DNA of 63,532 bases, counting the filler, from Octopus bimaculoides (Eukaryota): NCBI RefSeq assembly GCF_001194135.2. It is 4 parts of 4 records of this genome, joined end to end, with 100 filler letters (N's around TTAATTAATTAA, not from the genome) between each part and the next. Parts side by side here need not be neighbours in the genome. Positions count along the whole stretch, not along the records: positions 1 to 14,181 come from NC_068992.1; 3 more parts are not named here. One strand, 5' to 3'. The notes beneath the pieces were generated by a model, which ran no database searches, was not told the DNA's origin, and was given only the letters and a program-made list of their open reading frames with translations. Below, piece by piece: positions 1-11,104 of the stretch. Within the stretch, counting starts at the first letter, position 1; each line of letters starts with the position of its first letter. A program made the position numbers and the translations under genes.

Positions 1-10
1 TGCTACAACG

Positions 11-63
<53 letters not shown>

Positions 64-72
64 GCTACAACG

Positions 73-135
<63 letters not shown>
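1..135. repeat. (CTA)n microsatellite
   Basis: Near-perfect CTA/TAC trinucleotide run with two tgctacaacg interruptions. Confidence 0.97.
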
Positions 136-136
<1 letters not shown>

Positions 137-194
137 GTATCTCTAAGGCCTGAATTTTTTTCGTGGATGGGAGCTACCATCGATGTTAGTACTT

Positions 195-285
195 GACCAG
201 TAGTATTTCATTTCGTTGACCCAGAAGGGATGAGAAGCAAAGATGACGTCGGCAGGATTTGAAATCAGAAAGTAAAGAGCTACAA
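195..285 (-). mobile_element. SINE family C fragment
   Basis: Reverse complement matches the B-box/body (gttcaaattc...gtcgactttgcctttcatcc...) of the copies at 33305 and 40398. Confidence 0.7.
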
Positions 286-297
286 AACTATGCCACC

Positions 298-298
<1 letters not shown>

Positions 299-370
<72 letters not shown>

Positions 371-390
371 NNNNNNNNNNATGATGATGA

Positions 391-432
<42 letters not shown>

Positions 433-470
433 TGATGATGATGATGATGATCGATGGTGATGATGATGAT
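299..470. repeat. Compound (GCT)n(GAT)n(GAC)n microsatellite
   Basis: Direct reading; contains a 10-N gap. Confidence 0.95.
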
Positions 471-2544
471 GATTTTCTTGAAATCCCATGTGATTATTAA
501 TGGTGCGCCATGTGATTGTAGCTCTGGTTGTTTTTGTTCTATAGTTTTTGGTGATGTTAGTGCAGGTGGCGTTGGCATGTGAATATCCGATAAACTCTCT
601 ACCTTTCTGTCGGACCCCTCATGCTTTCATCTTGGGTCAACCTAGTATTTTCTTCCAATTTTCTTTCCCAAACCCCGACAAAAGACCCTCAGATGATGGT
701 GGGCAATTTGTGCTGGCAATGTTATACGTAGAGGTCTCAAATTTGCAGCGCTTTGGAACGTAAGATAGGAGCAATATATCTTTTGCCTGTGAACGGATGC
801 GTTTGTGCTATGCTTCGAGCAAGGACACGTTTTGATTACATACTGCTGCCAATCAACAGAAGGGAAAAAACTCTTTACGTCAAAGCAGTAATTTTTTTAT
901 ATAAGTATGTCTTTCTATACCTATTTCATTTCTTCTATCAAATACAGCTGTCTGTATACACTACCGAATCTCTTTTCCTTGTTAATCAAAAAGAATAATA
1001 ACAAGATCGAAAAACCAATAAATAAATGATATAAGAAACGTAAAGTAACTAACAGTAACTAAAGTTTCCCTTGGTAGTCAATGTTGTTTGTATGCGAGTA
1101 AATTCCAATATACATAGGATGAAAGGAAATTAATAAATAACTGATTATTGACAGTGAAAACAAAATGCTTAGATGGTACTTGTGTTTTATCTGTTTCCGA
1201 AATCAGAATAGTACAATGACATAATATTATTTTGATATTGCAATAATTTAGAATATATATACTCTTAAAAATACACATACTTATATGTGTATATAACGCA
1301 TGAATGCATGCATAGACATGCAATATGTGCGTGTATATATATATATATATATATNNNNNNNNNNNNNNNNNNNNNNNNNNNNNNNNNNNNNNNNNNNNNN
1401 NNNNNNNNNNNNNNNNNNNNNNNNNNNNNNNNNNNNNNNNNNNNNNNNNNNNNNNNNNNNNNNNNNNNNNNNNNNNNNNNNNNNNNNNNNNNNNNNNNNN
1501 NNNNNNNNNNNNNNNNNNNNNNNNNNNNNNNNNNNNNNNNNNNNNNNNNNNNNNNNNNNNNNNNNNNNNNNNNNNNNNNNNNNNNNNNNNNNNNNNNNNN
1601 NNNNNNNNNNNNNNNNNNNNNNNNNNNNNNNNNNNNNNNNNNNNNNNNNNNNNNNNNNNNNNNNNNNNNNNNNNNNNNNNNNNNNNNNNNNNNNNNNNNN
1701 NNNNNNNNNNNNNNNNNNNNNNNNNNNNNNNNNNNNNNNNNNNNNNNNNNNNNNNNNNNNNNNNNNNNNNNNNNNNNNNNNNNNNNNNNNNNNNNNNNNN
1801 NNNNNNNNNNNNNNNNNNNNNNNNNNNNNNNNNNNNNNNNNNNNNNNNNNNNNNNNNNNNNNNNNNNNNNNNNNNNNNNNNNNNNNNNNNNNNNNNNNNN
1901 NNNNNNNNNNNNNNNNNNNNNNNNNNNNNNNNNNNNNNNNNNNNNNNNNNNATATATATATATATATACAAAGGTCGTATTAACTTTAAGATGTATGAAT
2001 ATTCATTCCTTTATTACTATTTTGTGCAGGAGGCGTGAAAAAATGGATACAATGATACGGTATTGAGAAGATTCCTTTTGGTAATCGAATTAAAGATGTG
2101 ATGAGAAACTAGCAATTACAAATATGATTACATCCTTTATTGATTTTTATGGATCGTTCAGAGCGTTCAGAGCGTTACTGTGAGGAATCGTCAGAGCGTT
2201 ACTGTTTTTCGGTATTTCTGAGATAAAACTACTCCTGATGCTACACACCTTATCTTCAGCAACCAATGGGATAGTTTGAGTCCAGCGTGTGTAAGCTGAA
2301 CAGAACGCTTATTTAGTCTTTATACCCTCTCTCTTACACGCGCACGCATGCTCACACATGCGTGCATACACACGCGCGCGCGTGCGTAGCTGTATACGTG
2401 CATTGCATGTACTTACAAATGTATGTATATATGTATGTATCTTATTATTCAGTTTTATTTCAAGATTTCTTGCCAATAGAGAAGGATCCGGTTTCTAACC
2501 TAAGTACAAAGCTCCTTTATTGGAATTTCAACAGCATATTTTTG

Positions 2545-2647
2545 TATGTATGTATGAATGTATGTATGAATGTATGTATGTATGTATGTATGTATGTATG
2601 TATATGTGCAGATGTGTATGGTTTGTTTTATGTATGTATTCTCATGC

Positions 2648-2687
<40 letters not shown>

Positions 2688-2690
2688 CAT
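2545..2690. repeat. (TATG)n and (AAT)n microsatellites
   Basis: Direct reading. Confidence 0.9.
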
Positions 2691-2870
2691 CGAAAAATAC
2701 CTTAGGAATGGGGAACCCAGGTTCGAAATTTCCCCGAGACACCTGAAGATGCCTGGAGGGTATATCAGCCGAAACGTTGTGTTAACAACAAACAAGCTGA
2801 GGACAAATATCCGTCAAATGTAAATAATGTAAATAATCTACATAATCCCTCATCTCTTAAATATAGAACT
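2690..2870 (+). mobile_element. Probable Penelope-like element terminal repeat (pLTR) fragment
   Basis: Carries the CTGAAGA...CCGAAACGTT motif typical of Penelope-like element termini, followed by short tandem (tgtaaataa)x2. No ORF remains, so the assignment rests on the ribozyme motif. Confidence 0.55.
2738..2783 (+). ncRNA. Minimal type I hammerhead ribozyme motif (Penelope-type, probably dimer-dependent)
   Basis: Stem I GACAC(2738-42)/GTGTT(2779-83); core CTGAAGA(2743-49) plus an extra T; stem II GCCTG/CAGCC (4 of 5 pairs); GAAA(2771-74); palindromic AACGTT stem III; cleavage triplet GTT(2776-78). Confidence 0.65.
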
Positions 2871-2943
2871 GCAAGATTTCGTTTCTCTTCAAGAAATCCA
2901 CAAATTACTCCGGGTTATAGAGATAGCTTGCTTCCCATTAACT

Positions 2944-3152
2944 TGTAGTAGTCTATGTAGCTAAATAGTTGAATGATCTCTCTTGCAGGAAGTTTTATAG
3001 AGTAACCTCCCTTTACTAAGTATCTCTAAGCATTTGTGTCATGAGACGTTTCTTAACGTTTCTCTTGGAAGTTTCTAGAATGTCTAGCATTCCACTAATA
3101 ATATACACGCAGCCATAGCAACACCTGATGCTGAATATATATTCCTACTGCA
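2944..3152 (+). repeat. 5' LTR of the Gypsy element
   Basis: TGTAG...CTGCA; its first ~155 bp align to 6010-6172 and its last ~55 bp align to 6452-6508. Confidence 0.88.
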
Positions 3153-3157
3153 TAAAT

Positions 3158-3165
3158 TGGTGACC
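3158..3165 (+). promoter_or_regulatory. Primer-binding site, probably tRNA-Trp
   Basis: TGGTGACC lies 5 nt after the LTR end and is complementary to the ...GGTCACCA 3' end of eukaryotic tRNA-Trp; only 8 nt match. Confidence 0.65.
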
Positions 3166-3233
3166 AACCGACTGGAGAGTATTTAGTTATATTTAGTTAT
3201 ATTCTATATGTTGATTTATATTCTAATATTTTC

Positions 3234-3990
3234 CATGTCACAATTTTCTTCAACTGAATTATTTTCAACTCATACGACGATGATATGCTATGAATCATCC
3301 AGTGTTACCAATTTTCACAGGAGATATCGCTGTCTGGTTTGCCCAATTAGAAGCCGTTTCTCTGCAAACAAACACAATTCAGACCAACAGCAGCTCTACA
3401 TTTTACTTAGCTCTATACCACCATCATTAACTGGAGAATTGCGATATATAATTACAGCTCCGCTAACAGATGCAACGTGTTCATCAATTAAAAATGAAAT
3501 TTTAAGACGAACTTCGCTCTCTTCCGGAAAGAAGTTTCGAAAACTTCTCAACGACGAGCATTTAGGAGACAGAACACCATCGCAAATGCTCAGAAAAATG
3601 CGGTAGCTCACAGAGGACAACCCTGCTGAAAGTAAGTTGCTTAAACAACTTTTTTCTCCTGATTACCACAGTATCTTCAAGATATTCTCGTCCATTTGAC
3701 CGACGTTAACACAGTGGACTAGCTTGCAGAGTCGGCAGTTAAAATTTTGGAGTATACAAAATCTACTCCAGAACAGAACAATTCTCCTTTGTCAGTTGCT
3801 ACAGTTTTTTCTGAATTCAAAGAATTTCGTGAATCTACGCAGAGGACTATAGATAAGCTAGTCGCAGGAATTCGTCTCTCGCGTATCAATAGAAGTTCTT
3901 TACCTAGTCGCTGTCGTCGTTCTAATTTCCATTCTCCCAGCAGATCAAAACCTTTTTGCTGGTATCATTATAAGTTTGGTTCTGCATTTC
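3234..3990 (+). pseudogene. gag: Gypsy gag, frameshifted and with stops
   Basis: Frames give DIAVWFAQLEA, HLGDRTPSQMLRKMR (LGDRKPSQLLR-type motif) and C-terminal CWYHYKFG, which are characteristic of Gypsy gag; broken across ORFs 3208-3606 and 3747-4004. Confidence 0.85.
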
Positions 3991-5897
3991 ACCTTGTACA
4001 TTAAGCCTTTGCCAGAAAAGGTTGAGGCTATGGTAAAAATTCCATTTCCTGTTTCATTAAGACAGCTCAGACAATTTCTTGAATTAGCTCATTTCTACCG
4101 ACGTTTTATACCTCATTGTGCTGAAACTTTATACCCTCTCAACAAATTACTGCAACACCGCAAGAAAAGAACAGAAAAGATCACTTTAACTCCTGCTGAA
4201 ATACAAGCTTTCGACGATGTTAAACAGAAACTCTCTCGTGTCTCCATGTTAGCTCATCCCATTCCTGAAGCCGAAATTTCTCTTGTAGTCGACGCGTCCG
4301 AAATTGGCGTCGGCGCAGTCATTCAACAACTCCACTATGGTGAATGGCAACCTCTGGCGTTTTTCTCTAAGCAGTTAAAACAAGCTGAAACTAAATATAG
4401 TGCGTCCAGTCGTAAACTATTAGCTATTTATCTCTCAGTTAAACACTTCCAGGATGATAAGCCGTTATCTTTCACTTTACACTGCAAGCCAGATAAATTT
4501 TCTCCGAGATACATTCGACATTTGGATTACATTTCACAATTCACGAGTGATATACAAAATATTCCAGGTTCTGAGAACATTGTTGCAGATTCTTTATCCC
4601 GTTTACCTGTAAACGCATTATTTTCAACTGCAGAAATTAACTTGGACGAAATGTCGGAAGATCAACCATCCGTTGATTTGAATAATATACAACAACCAGA
4701 ACTAATTCCTTTCGACCTCCAATTTTTCCCAGTTGCGACATCAAAGCAACAGATCCTTTGCGATTTTTCTTCTGGTAAACCTCGCCCTTTAGTTCCTGAA
4801 AAGCATCGCTGTATCGTTTTCTCAGCGCTGCACAATATTTCACATCCTGGTATAACAGCAACATTGAAGATTATTTCAGCTCGTTTCCTTTGGCCGAACA
4901 TGCGTCGAGACATAGCTAACTGGACTCGTACTTGTGTAGACTGTCAGAGATTCAAGGTACATAAACATATCTGTGCACCGTTAGGTACTTTCTCCATTCC
5001 AGATGCACGATTCCAGCACATAGATGTTGATATAGTAGGACCTTGGCCTGCGAGTCAGGGCTACACGTTTTTATTAACCTGTTTTGATAGTTTTTCACGC
5101 TGGCCTGAAGTCATTCCACTCACAGACATCTCTTCTCTAACTGTGGCACAAACTTTAGTCACAGGATGGATTTCTCGTTTCGGAACACCTGTAAAAATAA
5201 CAACAGATCGTGGACGTCGATTTGAAGCAAAGCTTTTCCAGGAACTAACCAAGATTTTAGGAAGTAAACACATCCATTCCACTAGTTACCACCCAGCTTC
5301 GAATGGTATGATTGAAAGATTTCACTGACAGCTTAGAGCTGCACTGTGTGCTTCTGCTGATTCATCTCAATGGATTGAATGTCTTCCTATTGTTCTCTTG
5401 GGTCTCTGCTCTTATTTCAAAGAAGAGATTGGCTATTCTCCTGCAGAATTACTTTATGGTTCTTCCTTGACGCTGCCTGGTCAGATGATTGTTCCTGAAA
5501 ACACGCAAGATATCGACACTATAAATTCCGTTGAACGCTTGCGTGATTATATGTTAAAGTTACCACATATGAACACCAGAAAACAAGACATTAAAACATA
5601 TTTGCCTAAGGACTAATCTTCCTGGACTTATGTTTTTGTTCGCAACGATGCCGTTAAACATCCTTTAACAGTACCGTATTCATGACTCTTTCGTGTGTTT
5701 TATTGTACAGATAAAGTTTTCACCTTAGACCTTAACGGTCGTAAAGACACTATTTCTGTTAATAGACTAAAAAGGGCAGACATTGAACAAACTATTCCAA
5801 CCCCACTACAGACAACACACATACAGCATTACACACAACTTCACAAACTCTGACTACCAAAAGCGGTAGACATGCTGCATTGGCTCAAGAATTTAAC
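3991..5897 (+). pseudogene. pol: Gypsy pol remnant: RT connection, RNase H, integrase (H2C2, DDE core, GPY/F)
   Basis: ORF 3976-5328: [56 protein letters not shown]...[27 protein letters not shown]. Homology continues in frame past stops (SPAELLYG, VFVRNDAV, PYS*LF, ISVNRLK, TKSGR). Confidence 0.95.
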
Positions 5898-6009
5898 AAA
5901 CATTTATTACATTTGAATCTGTGATATTGTTTCTATAGTTTGACATTTTATGATGTATACATTTTTGTTATTTTCATTGTTGTATAACGTTACCGCTACC
6001 TAGCGGGTG

Positions 6010-6265
6010 TGTAGGGATCTATGTAGCTAAATAGTTGCAAGAAGGTTTATAGAGTAACCTCCCTTTACTAAGTTTCTCGAAGCATCTGTGTCATGGGACG
6101 TGATTCTTAATTATTCAAGAAGCTTAGCGTTTCTCTTGGAAGTTTCTAGAATGTCTAGCGTTCCATTAATAAAAACAGCTTGCTAACCCTGCTCTTCGCT
6201 TCTTAGTCGATTAGACTTAGAGCCATTCACGTTATTGCTATGTCCGCCTATTTCTCTACACCACA
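6010..6265 (+). repeat. 3' LTR of the Gypsy element
   Basis: TGTAGGGATC...AATAAA(6168-73)...CTACACCACA; preceded by a degenerate purine tract (ctagcgggtg). Confidence 0.8.
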
Positions 6266-6401
6266 TGACTGAAAACGACCACTTAGCTGTTATTTCTACA
6301 TTTTCTATCTCTGAACTTTCTTGCATAGATTACTTCATTCAACTAGATTCTACATTTTGATTATGTATCATCATCGACCAGTAAATAAAAAAATATTTTT
6401 A

Positions 6402-6508
6402 TGTAGTAAATATATAGTTCTTAAATCTCTTCTTCTCTGGAAGTACCCTTGTAATAATATACACGCAGCCATATCAACACCTGATACTGAATATATATTC
6501 CCACTACA
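6402..6508 (+). repeat. Short second LTR-like unit, or distal end of a longer 3' LTR
   Basis: TGTAG...CTACA termini; 6452-6508 matches the U5 end of the 5' LTR (3095-3152). Confidence 0.6.
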
Positions 6509-6630
6509 AGCTCATGAGGGAAAATAACCGTTGCACAGCGAGCGCCAAAATTGAAAGTGGTTTGAGCGTATATAAGCATAAAATAAGATATTATAACGAT
6601 AAATAAATATTATATATTAAATACGTTATA

Positions 6631-6643
6631 ACACACACACACA

Positions 6644-6739
<96 letters not shown>

Positions 6740-6752
6740 TACATATATATAT
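6631..6752. repeat. (CA)n(TA)n microsatellite
   Basis: Direct reading. Confidence 0.97.
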
Positions 6753-6858
6753 AGGATATATATGTGTATGTGTGTGTAATATTTAGGTTATTTTAAAACC
6801 AGTCTAATAAAGAAACATTTACTAATGAAATGATGATAATGAACGTAGGCATGAGGTT

Positions 6859-6864
<6 letters not shown>

Positions 6865-6939
<75 letters not shown>

Positions 6940-6960
6940 GATCCATCTATCTATCTATCT
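6865..6960. repeat. (CT)n plus (CTAT)n microsatellite
   Basis: Direct reading. Confidence 0.97.
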
Positions 6961-8378
6961 CAGTGGTGTCCAACGTGTAACCTTGTGATTCCGAAGCCAA
7001 GACAACCATATTTCCGTTTAAATTACGTCACAATAGACATAAATGTGAACAAGAGTATATTGCGGTAAAATACTATTATATTATTCTGGAGCCTACATCC
7101 ACTGGAACAACAATATTTCATTGCATGTGTTCAACAGTTTGCCTTGTTTTTCAGAAACCGATAGCAGAAGTTATGATAAAATTTAATTTAAAATAAGCGG
7201 AAGTCCTATCCATGAGATAGGTTCGTCATTCATTAATTTAAAACTAAAGTTAACCATAATTATATATAAAATTCTTGGTATTTTGGCATAAGATTTTTCC
7301 CTCCTTTGAATACATTCACAAGACGCAACCCACACATCAATTAATTATAAATTGGTAAAAGATCTCACCAATAACTCCGACTTTAACGTTGTATCTGTTA
7401 TAGCTTGATTGATTTCGTTATTTAAAGTTAGGCAGTCTTGTCGACAAAAGCATTGACATACGAAACGCACTCAGATAGCAAGTGTAGTATGTTGATACTC
7501 AAATAGCACGACTAACTATGAATCCCAATTTAGTCATGTTGTGAAAATCTGTTAAAAATATCAAGTGTGTCCTCTTTGGTGTTTGCAGCGATTACAAGGG
7601 AGATAATTTCTTTTATAATAAGCAGCGTGTTGAGACATTTAAATTTGAGATTAAGGGATTATACGGAAAAAGATATACAGAAATCACAAATTAAATTTTA
7701 TTTTAGTTTAATTATTACGAAGTTCTTAAAATTTCCAGTCGGTGGTGATCATGTATAGCACTATTTAATTTTTTATAGAAATCGTGAGTATTACGTAACC
7801 TTTGACGTACTAATTAAACATTTTACGAAGTGAGGCATTTCATTAAATATGGGAATAATTAATCAGGGGTACATACATGTAATGTGTTTTGACTTTGTTT
7901 TCTTCGTAGAACGTTAACAGAATAAGTATGAGGAGAAAAGAAGGAAACTTCTTAGTGTTCACATACAGAATAATAATTCTTTCTAAGGAAATATTGCATT
8001 TGAAAATTCTTAGCTTATATCGCATATTCAACTCCTGCGAGGATCCAATCAAACATCGCTGATTCATTTATTTTTCTTGAATTTGCTTATGACCTCGAGA
8101 AAGAGACGAATACTTCCATTTTTATTTAGTATAAAAGCAGCAAAAAAAAAAAAACAAATTGAGATAGTAGGGAATTTGGTTTTGATATTTAATTAGTAGA
8201 TATGTACGAATGCTTATCTTAAATTCCCAACACAGCTCATTAAAAATAAATTATTCAACAACAAAGCTACGACAACACTCATTTGTTGTATATAGACTTT
8301 ATTCTCTACCTATCTTAATAACATCATCCATGCACCTACATATTCATCTACCTATCTATACATCTATCCATTGATCCA

Positions 8379-8379
8379 C

Positions 8380-8424
<45 letters not shown>

Positions 8425-8445
8425 GATCTATCTATCTATCTATCT
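8379..8445. repeat. (CTAT)n microsatellite
   Basis: Direct reading; abuts the LINE fragment. Confidence 0.95.
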
Positions 8446-9014
8446 GCGAATGCTGCGAAGGTGCCATCACGGCGGCGGAAGAGCGGGGCGCGATAGCAGA
8501 ATGCTCAAGGGACAAATCGCCGGGTTTGGATGGTCTACCCTACGAGCTTTACAGTTGTATGCCAGATTTGTTTGGAGACGTCTTGGCACTAGTGTACTGC
8601 AACTAGCAGCAAAACGGGAGCATTCCCGGTTTTGTGAGCCGATGAGCCGTAATGCTGCTGAAGAAAGATCCAAACAAGGGGGACGTAACAGATAACTTTA
8701 GGCCCATCACTCTGCTCAATGCAGACTTGAAAATTTTGGCCAAGGTGTTAGCCAAGAGGTTGGCGCTTGTCATCGAGAAACTGGTCAAGGCGCAAACGTG
8801 CGTCGTGCCGGGCAGGAGCATCCATGACAACCTCCATCTGATGAGCTACATCATAGACAGAGAAGTTAAGGAACCTGGTATGGGTGGGGCCCTGATCAAC
8901 TTGGATCAATCTTGGAGGCTGTCCTCATAGCGGCTGGTTTCCGTCCCATCTTCCGTGGTTGGATAGCTGCTTTGTACCGAGGCATCCGTTCGGTAATTCG
9001 TATAAATGGTCATC
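8445..9014 (+). mobile_element. Tx1/L1-clade LINE reverse transcriptase fragment (5'-truncated, runs into a gap)
   Basis: One frame reads DKSPGLDGLPYELY...NFRPITLLNADLKILAKVLAKRL...GRSIHDNL...ALINLDQS with two stops. The expected KAFDRV motif is deleted; the sequence resumes with LEAVLIAAGFRPIFRGWIAALY...ING. Confidence 0.92.
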
Positions 9015-10064
9015 NNNNNNNNNNNNNNNNNNNNNNNNNNNNNNNNNNNNNNNNNNNNNNNNNNNNNNNNNNNNNNNNNNNNNNNNNNNNNNNNNNNNNN
9101 NNNNNNNNNNNNNNNNNNNNNNNNNNNNNNNNNNNNNNNNNNNNNNNNNNNNNNNNNNNNNNNNNNNNNNNNNNNNNNNNNNNNNNNNNNNNNNNNNNNN
9201 NNNNNNNNNNNNNNNNNNNNNNNNNNNNNNNNNNNNNNNNNNNNNNNNNNNNNNNNNNNNNNNNNNNNNNNNNNNNNNNNNNNNNNNNNNNNNNNNNNNN
9301 NNNNNNNNNNNNNNNNNNNNNNNNNNNNNNNNNNNNNNNNNNNNNNNNNNNNNNNNNNNNNNNNNNNNNNNNNNNNNNNNNNNNNNNNNNNNNNNNNNNN
9401 NNNNNNNNNNNNNNNNNNNNNNNNNNNNNNNNNNNNNNNNNNNNNNNNNNNNNNNNNNNNNNNNNNNNNNNNNNNNNNNNNNNNNNNNNNNNNNNNNNNN
9501 NNNNNNNNNNNNNNNNNNNNNNNNNNNNNNNNNNNNNNNNNNNNNNNNNNNNNNNNNNNNNNNNNNNNNNNNNNNNNNNNNNNNNNNNNNNNNNNNNNNN
9601 NNNNNNNNNNNNNNNNNNNNNNNNNNNNNNNNNNNNNNNNNNNNNNNNNNNNNNNNNNNNNNNNNNNNNNNNNNNNNNNNNNNNNNNNNNNNNNNNNNNN
9701 NNNNNNNNNNNNNNNNNNNNNNNNNNNNNNNNNNNNNNNNNNNNNNNNNNNNNNNNNNNNNNNNNNNNNNNNNNNNNNNNNNNNNNNNNNNNNNNNNNNN
9801 NNNNNNNNNNNNNNNNNNNNNNNNNNNNNNNNNNNNNNNNNNNNNNNNNNNNNNNNNNNNNNNNNNNNNNNNNNNNNNNNNNNNNNNNNNNNNNNATATA
9901 TATATGTATGTATGTATGTATGTAATTCTGTGTGGAACAAGAAGAATCTGAATAAGAAGAAAAATAATTCTGGTTAGAAGAAAAAGTAATGAAAATATAA
10001 AAAAATATGGTGCTGAAAAAAAATCTCAAAGGAGGAGGTGTTGCAAACCGAGAGATTGCAATGG

Positions 10065-10489
10065 TAAACCGGTTCACCATTACCATCTCTCGATCTTGCT
10101 GAATCTTCTCGTCAATGGTGGCGGTTGACGAGCGTCTTGCTCCCTCTTCGTACGTCACGCTTGTCCGGCCACTTTTAAATTTCTTGATCCACTCATACAA
10201 ACTACTACGCAGTAGTGCACTGTCCCCGTATTGTGCTAAAATCCTCCGATTTCAGCACCTGACACACCTTCCGAAGATCACTGCTGTTTGGTCTTCTTTG
10301 GTGCACATTGCTAGTGGAGCGGCCATGCTTACACTGTAAAGCCAGAAAGAAAAATGGCGCGATCAGGCTCAAACTTTGATCACGTGAGCAAATAGTACCA
10401 ACTATAAGCACGCATGCGCAGAAAGCAGTATGACAATAATAAAGATATGTTATGGCCAAAGTGCGGATAATTTTTTACTTCCTCCCGTA
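10065..10489 (-). mobile_element. Mariner transposon 5' fragment (left TIR plus transposase HTH)
   Basis: ATG at 10326: MAAPLAMCTKEDQTAVI...QYGDSAL...LYEWIKKFKSGRTSV...RRSSTATIDEKI, with one stop. Terminus TA|CGGGAGGAAGTAAAAAATTATCCGCAC at 10489 resembles a mariner TIR. Confidence 0.88.
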
Positions 10490-10789
10490 TTTAAGTATTT
10501 CGTAGTTGATCAGTTCTTTCAACTCCAATCAAACGCTAATCATTGCTTGCGGTTTTGGCATGGCTCGCCGTGAAACTTACTTGTAGGGATTCTACTATAT
10601 TTTTCTCTGCTTCATAATGACTTAAAGACACAATCTTTCATCGCCGGTGACGTACTAAGAAAATCCGTGTCCACCAATAAATAGTCTGAAGCGGAGAGAT
10701 AACACTCTGGCAGTGACAGCAGAATTCTGATGAATGTTTTTTTTTTATTTTAACTTTACTCATCGAATGAAGCTAACGTGGACGATACC

Positions 10790-11002
10790 ATCTTTGCTTG
10801 ATTAAAAGCAAAGAGTAGCAGGTGCCGAAAATGATCATCTTTTTCAACTTGGTAATCTGTCACCATATATCTGAAAAGAAGGAAAAGTAATTCAGATTCC
10901 AAAAACAATTAACAAAAATTGTAGAAGACTAAAAAAGCTACAAAAAAGAAAAAGCTCATAAACACTACGATAAAAGTATTTTTCGCATTAATTGAAAGAA
11001 TA
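10790..11002 (-). mobile_element. Second mariner 5' fragment, different subfamily
   Basis: ATG at 10866: MVTDYQVEKDDHFRHLLLFAFNQ, matching the mariner N-terminal YQVEKxEHFRHxLLFxFN pattern; possible degenerate TIR near 10975-11002. Confidence 0.7.
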
Positions 11003-11104
11003 TTGGAAAGAAACAACTGAATTGTCGCCTGACAATATTTAGTTTTAATTTTTAGATATCTTGCACTTAGTTACACTCAGTTTTTCGTACTGCTTTTAGC
11101 TATA

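Larger units (their letters stand above)
2944..6508 (+). mobile_element. Ty3/Gypsy LTR retrotransposon, internally deleted and non-autonomous (3' end at 6265 or 6508)
   Basis: TGTAG-starting direct repeats at 2944 and 6010; PBS at 3158; gag, RNase H, integrase and GPY/F-module homology in Gypsy order; candidate TSDs taact/tgact (end 6265) or aact/agct (end 6508). Confidence 0.95.

Noticed and set aside
1-135. Telomere-like terminal repeat
   Set aside because: The unit is CTA, not TTAGGG; an ordinary microsatellite at an arbitrary window edge.
2150-2260. CTGACGA/CTGAAGA hammerhead cores on the minus strand within a short tcagagcgttactg duplication
   Set aside because: No GAAA with a closing stem II in the right position; looks like a local slippage duplication.
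6961-6980. CAGTGGTGTCCAAC hAT-Charlie-like left terminus
   Set aside because: No matching right TIR or TSD found.
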